Below, piece by piece: positions 12,161-24,170 of a stretch of 33,000 bases of DNA. Position 1 is the stretch's first letter; the number at the start of each line of letters is the position of its first letter. Below the pieces are notes generated by a model. It was not told the DNA's origin. It was given only the letters and a program-made list of their open reading frames with translations, and ran no database searches. Made by a program: the position numbers and the translations under genes. The stretch spans positions 88,815,001-88,848,000 of the forward strand of contig OZ320316.1 in the NCBI GenBank assembly GCA_976226885.1. The letters run 5' to 3'. Source of the DNA: Iphione sp. A-MEVVRFRX5. Its lineage: Eukaryota.

Positions 12161-15100
12161 GAAGTTATGTAGGTAATCCGTTCAAATTGTGGCTTGGGAT
12201 AAACATGTAAAGGCAGACAAGATGTCAAGCTGAGTTCTTTTTGAGTGGACCTTCCATAGATTCTCCTCAATTTTTTTTTATAAAGTCACATGAGCAGTGG
12301 GAATTTCTACAGTCTTAAAACATGGTTCTTCTTATGACACACAGTAAGGTGCATAAATGGCTGAACCACCGAATTTATCCAAGATGCAAGTTATTTTTTC
12401 TACAAATAACAGCACAAAACAATGATTGACGCCGTCTCCGTCCAAGGATGCGCGAGGACACTTGGACAGTAATCCATTGCCGCGTTATAATCAGACATTT
12501 GACAATGTGTCAGATGATACACAGAGCACACAGTCAATTGTTGGAACTCGAAGTACTGAGCACTACTAGCGAGGGCGCCTTACCAAAGCCGCCTGGCTAC
12601 ATGTTGCCTTAGTATGATGGACGGTCTGGCAAGGGTTGACCCTTGTCCTCGCTGACTTCTAGCGGATGCTTGCACCATTTGTCATGACCGCGCCGACCTG
12701 CTTGCCGTCCGGCCCCCACCTTGCTCGCTGTCCGTGGCCAATGTTTCACAGGGACAGTTAAGGAAATGCTGGCATTCCTTCTCCTACCGCGGCCTGGTCC
12801 TTGTATGGCACTCCGGCTGCTCCTGTACTGACCGTATATACCTGCCTACTATGCCCGGCCCTGCCTGTCTGTGCGCCCACCTCCATCGTCCCTCTTAGTC
12901 TCCACACCGCGAAACGTTCGCTTTCCCACGATCCCTGGAGCCAACTACAGATGCCATTAGACAACTATGAGGAGACTCCCCGGCGTATAGTTTCTAGTAT
13001 GCTTCCGGGCGGTATATTAAAAAGCCGCAGTGAGCTCGTGGGTTATTCATTATCAAGCGTTAGATCTGTTGAATGGAAGTAGCCTAAATTCATGCAATAC
13101 CTCCGTTTTCCAGGCAGATATGTACTGGACAGGCCAATTCTACGAGCAAACAACACACAACCCATACTAACCCCAAATGTTTACCCTCTCCATATAATAG
13201 TACAAGCAAGTGGTAGAAACAAATTGTTCCCTCTAAGGTGTGTCTAGGTCATAGTGAAAAGCATGTGGATGATTTGGTGTAGTAGAATGTGGCGTTAATT
13301 TGCGGCTTTCTTAATATAACGTCAGTAAAACATCAGTTACATGTATAGCGACAGTTAGAATACCATTATCTATATTTTTGCTGCAAACAATACGGCTACG
13401 CCTCATTATGCCCCGCGGTCTTCTTCGTGGCAGAAAAAATCTTCCCGTTTTCAGTCGTTTACTATGAGTCAACAACCTCTTACATGTACGGGGAATACCT
13501 TGAGGTTTATTCGACTTGGTCCCGAGTAAAAAGTGGGAAGACAATGTTCATCCATAATTTACAGGTGAATACCTCAGGCTCCTTCTTTTGTCTACATCAG
13601 AGGGTGTTAATCTTGATTAATGTTGCCAATGCCGTGATTCGAGGCGCCAGAGTCGTTCTAAAAATCCATTAGTTATCGTTGGGTGCCATTGTTTTCATTG
13701 ACAATCAATCATGACAGCGATCTGTCCTAATTTCTGCCAGCGACCTGGTCGGCGCCACTTAAATCCGTCAAAAATTACCGACTGTGTGTCACTTTCGCGA
13801 CACTGTTTTACACTTAGCGCCTCGGCCGTGACCGGAGACTGCTGTAGGGGACGGTCCGTGACTGATCGCCATCAGGCAATATGTCACGAAGATGGTCATA
13901 AATCATAGTCACTGATCATGCCAGACTCATAATTAGTCTTGCTGTAATATAATGCAAACCACAGTCAGTGCGATATCTCCTGTGCTCACGCGAAGGCCTC
14001 GTCGAACATTCGATTTCTTCTCGGGTCACCTGGGACATTGTTACCTCGCGCCACACGAGGGGGAGCCACTCCTCCCGACCTTCGGTCATGTAGTGTGGTC
14101 ACTTCATTTGCCTGCCTTTAATCTCCGGGTCGCGTGTGCATGCATGATGCTGGGGTGAAATGCTCGAGGCAACAACAGACCTATCGGCGTCACAATCACG
14201 TGGACCAAATGTTAGGTTATGGCAACAAACACTACTTGTCTTTTGATCTTGGAGAGCACGGCCGACAACAAAGGCGCAGTAAGGGTTCCTAACCCCGGCT
14301 GCTCCGTAGTAATGGCGTCTTGACTCGACATTGTCCCTCCTTGTGGGAAGAAAACGATCTGAGGTCAGTCATATTCATCAGAAAGAGGCCCGTGCGACCC
14401 CGAATATCTTACTTACCGTCTATAAAGCCCCTCTGTTTACAGCACTTACCTAAGTTTTTCCTGAGATCTCGAACTAAGACACCTTTAAATCGCAATTTAC
14501 ATGTACGATATTACCTCTATAAGGGAACGGTCTTGTTAATTAGAGATGCGCAGTTATGTAGATCTAACATTTCGAACAGAGTCCTGTTTGGGGCAGCTGC
14601 TTTTTTTTCAAAGAAGAAAGTACATGTAGGTGGAAATGCCAGATTGTTATTGCACAGACCGACTGTAAAAAGAAACATGATTCTCATGAAACTGCGATAC
14701 GTTTGATAGTGGCCGTAAAGTGGCATCGCAGTTTATTGCGTATATTCCTTTTTTTGTGATCTAGTCTATCGTATTTTGTGTAATTTCTATTTTCTTCTTT
14801 TTCTATCCTGATATTGAATGCTAAGCTCATTCTCGCAAATTGAGTATTCTCAGTCATGTTTTAGTGAATAACATCGATTGGTAATACTTTTTGTCGATTT
14901 TCCTTATTAAATACTGTAATACATAGCATTATAAACAACCTTCGAATGATGAGTTAAAACGGACCAGTTGGCATTGGTGCAAAGCATGCCACGAGGTTCA
15001 AACGTTGAGCGTCGAATGCTTGATCGTAAATTCATTCTCGTTATATTAACATGAGGCTGTGGTGTAAAGAGGGCCAACAGAGGGAGTGAGTGAGCCTGTA

Positions 15101-16400
15101 TCTCACTCCCAACGAAGGCGTGGGTTCTCTTTTAGACAAGAAATGGAGGCCTGTCAGATGGTAGAGAGGTCAGTCTCAGTTATGGCCACAGCACACCTCC
15201 GACACTGACTCTTAATGAATAATAAAGACACTAGGTACCTTAAACTTAAATACGCAGTCTCACGACAGTCTCCCACCCAGACGAACATATCTTTTGCAGC
15301 AAATACATTCATTCTATTTTTAAACACGTAACAACCTTTTGAAAAGGAATAAATGAAAACTACAGGCACGAGCTTTCCTCCAATATTCTTCACGCAGCTT
15401 GTTGGTTGGATACAAGAATATAATGACATCGAATCAATTTTACATGCAGTAAAACCTCTTCATACAAAGACTCAGCATCCGGTCTTTTATCCAGAAGATT
15501 GATTGTATTATGTGCATACACATTTCTCTCACATATTCTTGCAATAATGGCTCTTTCTCGGAACAGATAGTATTTTGAAATAGGGACACGAATAAACCAG
15601 TACATTGAAGTCGGGATTTAATCCGCAGAGGTGTTTGCACACCCCAGACAACGTATAGTTTAATGTGCACTATATGAAAAAGTAGTATTTTCAAGTCTCT
15701 ACCTAAAGTATCACTGACCTTCTTAGCACTGCCCCAGGCCTTAACACTTTAATCTTGCTTTTTTTCTATTTTGGTTAGCCGAACAAAAAACATGAACATG
15801 AGAATTTAGAAAATTAGCAACAACTAATAGTGGTGCAAGGAGACATGACTTTGACTTTGGGAATGTAGAACGTTATTGTGTCTTAAAGTACTGAGGATTA
15901 CATTTTCTCAACAATAATGTGCAAATTACACTCGTTGGCTCATTGTCTTTGTTGCCCTAAGCATCAAACAGAAGCTGGTGATGTAACGGCCACTTTAAGG
16001 TATAGTTTGCCTTGCAGCTAACAAAATTACAAATAATGGAAACATTGCATCATCGGTTGCCGTATTTTTCAGCCGGTTCAGTCAGTATGACAAGTACCTC
16101 ATATTAACTAGCATGGTTCAGTTAACATCGCAAACGTAACGATTGTTTAACTTGGTGAAAAAACGCGTTTCGATCCCGCGATCCATCTTCATAACTTCAT
16201 GACAGAAAGGTAATGTGGCCCAACTGCTGCCGTCTAAAACACGCCCTGTATTTTAAATAAAAGTTACCCTTTAAGACTAAATCCCAAGCCTTCATCATTC
16301 ATGACGGTAGCTCATATCAACCTTGCATATTATGTCTTCATGCAGTATTGATTTGTGTGTTTACGCTTGACTAGTTAAATATGACAAAACGTATGGGAGC

Positions 16401-16436
16401 GAGAGAGAGAGACAGAGAGAGAGAGAGGGAGAGAGA
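16401..16436. repeat. Imperfect (GA)n microsatellite
   Basis: gagagagagagacagagagagagagagggagagaga seen directly. Confidence 0.95.
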
Positions 16437-16600
16437 TAGTTATGATATATGCGACATACATGTTCACTTGATGAGGGACACTCAGGCTATCCGAGAGTCT
16501 GTGAATACATATGTTACAAACAAATGAAAATGTACCTATGGTATCTTTCTTAGCTTCCAAACTGTACTGCCTAATCAGAAATCTGTGTATACTTGGTATT

Positions 16601-16755
16601 GCTGTACTGTAAGTTTGATATAGCTGAAAGGCATAGACACATATGAAACATGGGATTTAAGAAGATGCAGTTCATACATGAGGTTCTTTATATTCTTGAT
16701 TTATTCCTATAATTGTATTATGTTCACATATATTAGACATATCCTATTTATCGAC
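16601..16755 (+). repeat. Dispersed repeat, copy B (direct homolog at 12011-12160)
   Basis: Shares ATTCTTGATTTATTCCTAT(A/T)ATTGTATTATG(T/A)TCACATATAT and flanking similarity with copy A (about 85% over 93 bp, counted by hand). Confidence 0.85.
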
Positions 16756-18370
16756 GCAGATACAATCATCCATAACAATTTACGTTATTATACCCTTTGT
16801 GAAGAAGCCTATCCGGAGATTCGTTTAGTTTAATAATATAGGATCGTTCTTCATGTAACTATCTAAATGTACTTATGCAATATGCTGTATGTGAAATAAC
16901 TATCACTGTTCATCTATATGGGCACAATATAGAACATATTATCAACAGACCAAGGAATACAGACTAACCACAAGAAATTAACAAATCAATATCAAGAGAT
17001 ATATCACCATGCATATATTGTTTCCATCTTCTCATTTCACCCATGCTTATATGCATCAAATATTGTCTCTGGTGCCACATCGGGTTCTCCCTACTTATTT
17101 TATTATATGACACTGATCTAGACACTGATGACATCAGTTAAGAAGTCCTGATCGCGACTGTGGACACCATGTGGGCCTACACCATTTCATTACTTGACAA
17201 TTTAATTGGCTGCAACTGGGCTTTGGATGAAAAGGTCACTTCTATGTCATTAATTTAAATACGTTGTCATTTACAATTTGTCTCTCTTTAAACATGAAGT
17301 AGACAGCTGACGAGTCATAGGCACTAATGTTACAAAATGAACTTGTCATATTCTCAACTGATGAGGCGTTTGGCAAAGCCTGTCAGCTTAGTGTCAAGCT
17401 CAGTTCGTCACATGCCTTGGACATAATTTAACCATGTAGTTTGGCCTTTGGTAAAATCATAACTAGTATACCACTGCATATGCCCGCGATGGGCTCATAG
17501 ATGCTCATTACATGACAATCGTAAGATTTGTCTCCCACTGTAAAATGCACGTTTCCTGAGGAAAGCCTTCGATTCGCCCGGAAGTCCTTAATGGTTGCGA
17601 AGCTTTTCCTCAGTGGACGTTGCCATCGTAGCCCAAAACACCTCATGCGAATAAATGTTGAAAGAAGAAGAACCTTCGCCGGATAATCAGTCACCTTTCA
17701 GTCTACAAAAGCAGTGCACTGATAGAAACTGGGCACGCCACTAGACGGGTATAATTGATGTATCTGAGAAAAGCAGACAGTCATGTACCATTTTTCAATG
17801 TTAATATTCACACTAAGGAGATACTGGTGGACAATAACTTAATTACCTTTTAAACCTTCATCGAGGAAGATAATGCTGATATAATTATCAGGGTAAGATG
17901 TAAACATTGATGTTTTGTGTAGGAGAAAAGGATGAGGCACAGTACAAGTACAATGGTTTACGATTTATTATAAGAGCAAGGTTCTAGGATAATGTACAAG
18001 GGAACTGCACTATCATTCTCATTATTTGTACTTGTTGAGAGGTGAGTTAGGTATGGAAAATGAAATCACTGGTAACTGTTAAAAGCTTTGACAAAATAAT
18101 AAAATTGTTTAGATAGGGGGTCAGACAAGCAGCCTATAAACTTCTGTTCAGGTGATATCCTTACATGAAGGTAGAGTCGAGTAGACATTTTGACTTCATT
18201 CCAGGGTTCAAACAATGAGTTATATTGATGACATGTGATGTAAAGTCATATTGGATATATTTGATCAATTGATGTATGTGATGCTAACCTGCTTTGACCG
18301 TATCTACCGCGGAACATAAAAAGAATAATCATTAATTCAAACATAGGGTGGTCTCTTTGTTGTACATTGC

Positions 18371-18470
18371 TACAGTGTGGCCAAGTAATCTGTAGGCCTC
18401 TAAAATTACAATGTGGCCAGGTAATCTGTAGGCTTCTAAGATTACAATGTGGCCAGGTAATCTGTAGGCT
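18371..18470. repeat. 36-bp minisatellite, about 2.8 copies
   Basis: Units at 18371 (tacagtgtggccaagtaatctgtaggcctctaaaat), 18407 (tacaatgtggccaggtaatctgtaggcttctaagat) and 18443 (partial), head-to-tail with no spacers. They produce the repeated AYRLPGHIVILE in minus-strand ORF 18332-18535. Confidence 0.95.
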
Positions 18471-21400
18471 GCAAGTTGAATTTTAGACGATGCTTCCATG
18501 TGTGCCTGACATAAATTAGAAAATGAAGGTGTCACAACCCTTTTTAATTCAAATTTGGGGCATGCAGTATAACAATTTCTTCAATTTTACAGGGAGACGT
18601 CCTAAGTCGGCACAGCCGTAAATGTTGTTGATATCTGATTTCATATCGCCGTGGAGCTGTCTCTGATAGACAAGCATAAAGGGGAAAATAAAGGCATACA
18701 TGTAGCACGGATTCCAGGTTTAACTAGAAACCACTATTCTAGTGGATTTGCGTTTTTACAAATACCCCAATCCTGAACGTTATGAAACTTCAGTCTCATC
18801 ACAAAGCTGTCTATCATCAGTTTATAGTTACTGCTTGATGTTGAATACAGTGCTGCAGCTCCAGCAATGAACATTGTTTGGAGAACTAAGGGCATTTTCA
18901 TGTGGGTTTTGCATTCTTGATTGCTCCCTGATGGTCACCAGATGTATTTCACTATTGGCTTCTATGGAGTCCACATGCAGATGTAGAGAAAATCCATCCT
19001 GGACGTGGACGTGGAAAAGTTTGGACATATGTAAATGACTGACTTACTCTAACGAGGCTGACAAAAGTCCACATATGCATCCGAATGCAGAGCAGAGAAG
19101 TCATGAAACATGTGAATAGCCCCTAAGAAAAAGTACTCACCCACATGGGGATGGGTGTAACCACCCAGGACATGGGTTAGGCATTGGTGTATTTCTACGA
19201 GTACATTATTTATGCACACATGTGCCTGTGACATCTGACATCTGTTGACCATCCGTGATCAATCAAGGACATTTATTATCCTGCAGAATCAGTCAGAATA
19301 GCATTCCAGATAGGGACTCAGGTGTGAAAATACATTTGCATGGAAAGCAGCCCCTGGGGCTACTCATCCCTGTCAAGAGACATTCCCTGCTCCCCACAAA
19401 CTCGAGATAAGCAGGATCAGTCATATAGAATGTAGCTGGTTATCTCCTATAAGTGGCAATGGTTCATGTCTAGCAATGTGCCACCCGTTTTGTCTACTAG
19501 ATTTAATCCTTTGTCATACTGCATGTAAAGATATCTCCATTGAATTCAGCATCTTGGTTACCACTAAGGGTCAGAAGTACAACAGAACCTGTCCAGGACA
19601 GGGTTTTAACCTTCATTGCAATCAATGTCGTAGATATCTGCCAAATAGGCGCCTTCAGCCTTTCGTTGATTAACATATATGCACCAAGAGCTATTACAAC
19701 CTACGCTGCTGTTTTCAGATACAGCCGCTCTCAATTTGTCAAGCCAGGCACATGTATACGTCTGGCCAGACCTATTAGCCATCTCTTTGCATACACGCGG
19801 GTGCTCGGTCAGCACTTTTGTGTACAAGTTTGTCTGTGATTCGATCCAAATTCACAACTTTGATAGATTCGCATCAAGCATGATATAAATGGCACGCCGC
19901 TTCCTAAAATGAAGATTCGGTCACTTCTATCTTGGTCATTCCGTTCATTCATAACTTGTCTCATTAACTCCCCACAGGATGTAAATCGCTCGCTTGTTCC
20001 TCAATGCCTTTGCATCCATCCTGGCAGCCCTTATACGTTCAACATGGTACCGAGTTAAGCTTATGTTTTGACTTTTCCGTAGGAATGCTGGGGATGAAGA
20101 ACAAACATGCATTCTGATATTCTGCTGTAATAATTTGGTATACAAATTTGTAAAGTGCATGTCATCATTTCTTTTCTACAAGTCCCTTTTATACAGTATT
20201 TCTGTAATATGCGGCTGGAGGACCTTTATGGTTGTGCCCAGGTTTGTGCATATATTAGCCGTCAGTATAGGGCTAACAATTTTAAAATGATTAAACAAAA
20301 TTCATCTCAGGAAAAGAGAAAATGTTAACACATTAATTTGTCTTCTTATGCTGTAACGTACATCTGGTAAACTACTTAGTGATGTGAGTACATATATGTT
20401 ACCTTATTATTAGAGATACATGTATATCAGTATTCCTGATCGATTTGATGAATGAAATGCAGAAGATCAATATCGGTTAATTCACTATACTCTGGTCCTG
20501 CACCTGTTGGTGTTCTTCGGTTCTGCCAGAATTTGCCTGAGTATGTAACAGGTTCAATATACATGTATTTGTAGTCTCTTTCTTGATATTTGTAACTTAA
20601 ATTAACGATAGTTTCCATTGTTTTGCTCATCATACATTCCTTACTTTATTTCTTTATTAATTTACAACTTTCAATCCAGATTACTCCCAAGAGAGGTACT
20701 AACTGCTTCACTTTCACATGAATTAGGCGCTGTTCGCATGTATATTTTTTCTACGTCTATACTTGCGAGTAATCTGGGTTGAAAGCTGTTCCGTTGCTTG
20801 GTATCCATTGCAATAGCTCTTTATAGATCCTATAGTAATCAAGTAAGCCATTCAGATGTGGCCATATCCATTTTTTCTACGTCTACAGATCCATAGACAT
20901 ATTTCACCAACCTATCCGGACGGATTCTCTAAAGCTACGGTTGTGTAATCTATAGAAAGCAAGAGTAAAACATTTGGTTAACATGTTAGCAATTAAAATT
21001 TACCACAGCAGGAGGTAGCTAAATCTCCAGACCTGTAGGTGTATTTTTGCCATCAGTTTCATACGGATACATAGGAACACCACTTTATAAATCAATCCCT
21101 CATATTGCTGCTAAACTGTTCATTCTGGTGGACTCCACATATGTACAAATGCATAGTAATTAAGGGTTTCATGTACAGTAAATTTACTGATTTATACGAT
21201 GGCATCTCAGAAGGTGCGACCATCTTCTCATAACCTATACATTTAATACCCGATACGTAACCTGCGATGAATGCTTTTACATCCTTTATAATTATCCCTT
21301 CATTCATAAACAAGGTTTTGGTATGTTTTACACAACTAGTTCTATTATTTATTCCTTTTTTTGATACACAAATTGTAGGTGAAATCATTATCCTTGCTAG

Positions 21401-23854
21401 TTCTTTTATTTGTCATTAATTTTGTCCGTGGCTTATTCACCCAAGGCATTTGCATATGGGAAAATTTACTTTCTTTCAACCAGCTATGGGTACAGTCAGC
21501 CCTCATCAACTGGACCCCAAATAACTCGATTCCCGACTTTAATTATTCACCAGTGATATATTGTTTTTTATTACACGTTTATTGAAAATATATAGACAGG
21601 AGACGAACCCTCACATTTGTGATAATATTTACCCAATAGAAATACGATTTCTGTTCCACTACGTAAGTAACTCGATTCCCTTAGTTGAGTCTTCTTACAA
21701 TCATAACATTTCTATTAGTTTACAGGAGGAGAAGAGGACCTGAAACATTGGATAGCGGATACAAAAGAGTTAATCTTAATATACTAAAGAAGCACGTTGA
21801 AACAAAATCGAAGTAGCATATCACAATCTGGGCTTATTTTCGGAGCTATAGCATAGTAATGTTCATGTACCTCACAGTTTTTATTCAATAAGCACGCCGC
21901 GTCCTATTTCCTTCATTTTTCATTTGCATATTCATTACTTCTTCGTCCTTCTTCGCAAATAATCATTACTTCTTGAAGCTCGCTCGTTTATAGGCAGACA
22001 CTACGTTTTTCACGTTTATCGTTGGTCCGAATAAAAAATCTCGTCTTCCCATTATTGCATGAAAAGCATCATCCTTCCTCTTCTCAAGGGCGATGCTTTA
22101 ATTCAAATAAAATAAAAAATAACACAATGGTAGTCTTCGCCCTCTAAAGTCACCGATAGGAAGAGAATTATGGGACCGTCTTCCTTCCTCGTCGACGATA
22201 ACTTAGTCCTAGTTTCATGATTAATTTGGTACGGAAAAAAATGTGCGCATTGTTCTCGAAAGCTTTTTTTCTCCGGACTAGTCTTGTTAGTCTTAGTAGC
22301 GGAATGTAGCTGGCCACAAAGGGCCTTTTCTCTGGATCTTATATCTGTATAATCCATTGAGGTAGCTCATCAACAATGTAGCCAGCCTCATAACCAAGGA
22401 GCAGGCAGTTCCGCTGTCGTCCGAGAAGGGAGCTGCTTCCTGGAGCGATGAAACATCTACGCAGGGGAGCCCGTCTTTAAGCCTCGGTGACATCTCCAGC
22501 GGATGAGTTACATGCCCGCCACCTGATTAATGGACGAGCCCTTGCGAAGTGGGCATCCTCCAGAAGACGATCTAACACAGAGCCACCCGTACAATGGCAG
22601 GAACATGTTATAGTGTGACTTAAAGGGTCATCGTCGCTTGGTCCATGCAATCGATAGGAAGCCGAGGGGCGGTTGATTCCGGCTATTTACCGCATGAGGG
22701 TCCGTCATCACACACCTCTCCAACGTGAGAGGTGAGCCAGTGTCTATACAGTCCACCAACAGTCTTGCCAAAAGCCTTCCCGAAAAGAAAGGCTTAATTT
22801 TAATGAACACAAAATGTAAGAGCGAATTCCACCATTGATTTAAAAACGTCACGTTTTGGATACTCCCCACACTGTACCTCATGGCTTTATATGTCTTGCT
22901 GTAATTGGACAATCTATTCCTTAGAGTATCTTACGTAATTGTGAAATGTCTCCTATTTATGCTAGTTTAGGCGAGGCGAGCTGTCTTTTATCTGAGGATA
23001 ACCAAGCGTGTACATGTAATTTCAACTGACGAAACGAAGGTACGTTCCGTTACGAATATCTTAGAATACTTTCATCGCTAATGACGGTATACACTTGCCA
23101 TTTCTTCTTAAACTAAAAAAAAAGCATATTGTATTCAAGAAGCGATGCATTGTTCTGTATAATATCGCGATCATCCAGTGTGTGCTATTCAGCTCGATAT
23201 ACTTTCGTTCAATAGCCTGCTATATCTTAGACAGGATGCAAGTCTATCCGACGGTATCGGTGTCCGTAAATCTGTCTTGGCCTTCCGCCTTCGCCCGAAC
23301 CTACAATCAACGACAGGTTCCTGTCGTAAGCGCTCACCAATATCCAGGTCATAAACAATCCTGGGAAGGATGACGGCCTGCCGTCCTCCCACCCGCAGAC
23401 AAAGCCACACCCAGCTCCTTGCGGGCTCGGAAGAGAAAAAAACAAGGAGTGATGGACAGGCGGCAATCATACAAATGAGCCGTACCAATTAGCTAACAAT
23501 CAGCGTGAGTTAGGCGGTGTCAACTTGCTCGCGCGAACGACCCACATTAGTTCGTCCAGCGAACGCAAAGTAGTTGCGCCTGGGGTAAAATCAGTTCTTT
23601 TCCGAAGCGTTGAAATGGAGAAGCCAACGGAAGCAATATAAAAGCAAAGTGAGAAAAGAATGGATCCGCCATAGCTATAAGGAAGACGGTTATTGATCGG
23701 TAAAACATGTCTACTATTGCTTTTAGGGTAGGCTATACCTTTCTCATTTCAGAGTGTTGTGAGAAAATATTGGATGATCAAGCAAAAAACAAATTGTCCT
23801 TCAGAGATATTGTATGGAGATGATCTAAGAATTACTTACAGAGGGAGTTTTTAT

Positions 23855-23906
23855 TACACATGTATGTATACATGTATATATTTATACATATTTATTTGTA
23901 TACATG
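23855..23906. repeat. AT-rich low-complexity tract (TA/TACA/TGTA units)
   Basis: tacacatgtatgtatacatgtatatatttatacatatttatttgtatacatg seen directly. Confidence 0.8.
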
Positions 23907-24138
23907 AATAGATATTGTGTTCATTCTTGTTTGCCAATTCCTATCGAAGTTTGAAATGCCAGTAAAGAAGCACAGTTACCCATGAAACGTATGAGCAATT
24001 TCGAACGTTTGAGGAGCGGCGCACTACACTTCCATTGTGTTTACTGTTTACTATGGAGAAGACGCTGCATCACAGTCGATTTAGAAAGACGTATCATGTC
24101 TAACTGAAAGCTACACAAGGGTAAACGAAAGTAGGAAA

Positions 24139-24170
24139 GGTCTCGCTGGGGCTAGGTCTCGTCGGGGCTA
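24139..24170. repeat. 16-bp tandem duplication
   Basis: ggtctcgctggggcta followed immediately by ggtctcgtcggggcta (14/16 identical). Confidence 0.8.

Noticed and set aside
15082-15110. GGGAGTGAG-11nt-CTCACTCCC hairpin as a Helitron 3' end or terminator
   Set aside because: No CTRR terminus follows, and a 9-bp stem is plausible by chance in 33 kb.
17562-17606. KAFDS...WLRSF resembling RT motifs
   Set aside because: The two motifs are only about 5 residues apart instead of about 25, with a stop between them and no further homology.
18371-18470. 36-bp repeats as a CRISPR array
   Set aside because: The units are head-to-tail with no unique spacers, there are no cas genes, and the context is eukaryotic.
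18828-19280. Minus-strand splice signals (acceptor 19281, donors 19140 and 19047, acceptor 18999) as a gene
   Set aside because: They imply a 10-nt exon and a 49-nt intron or conflicting sites, and give no recognisable product.
19666-19686. LINIYAP resembling an L1/Tx1 endonuclease motif
   Set aside because: No GDFN motif at the expected distance and no other endonuclease motifs in frame.
21522-21680. 13-bp direct repeat TAACTCGATTCCC as a target-site duplication
   Set aside because: A 13-mer pair within 200 bp is plausible by chance in a window this size, and the interior has no element hallmarks.
22358-22365. let-7 seed TGAGGTAG (and miR-184-like TGGACGGAGAA at 31817-31827)
   Set aside because: The matches stop after 8-11 nt and no precursor hairpin is evident.
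23284-23307. IVGSGEGG resembling an FAD-binding GxGxxG motif
   Set aside because: The surrounding sequence does not fit a Rossmann fold and the ORF ends soon after.
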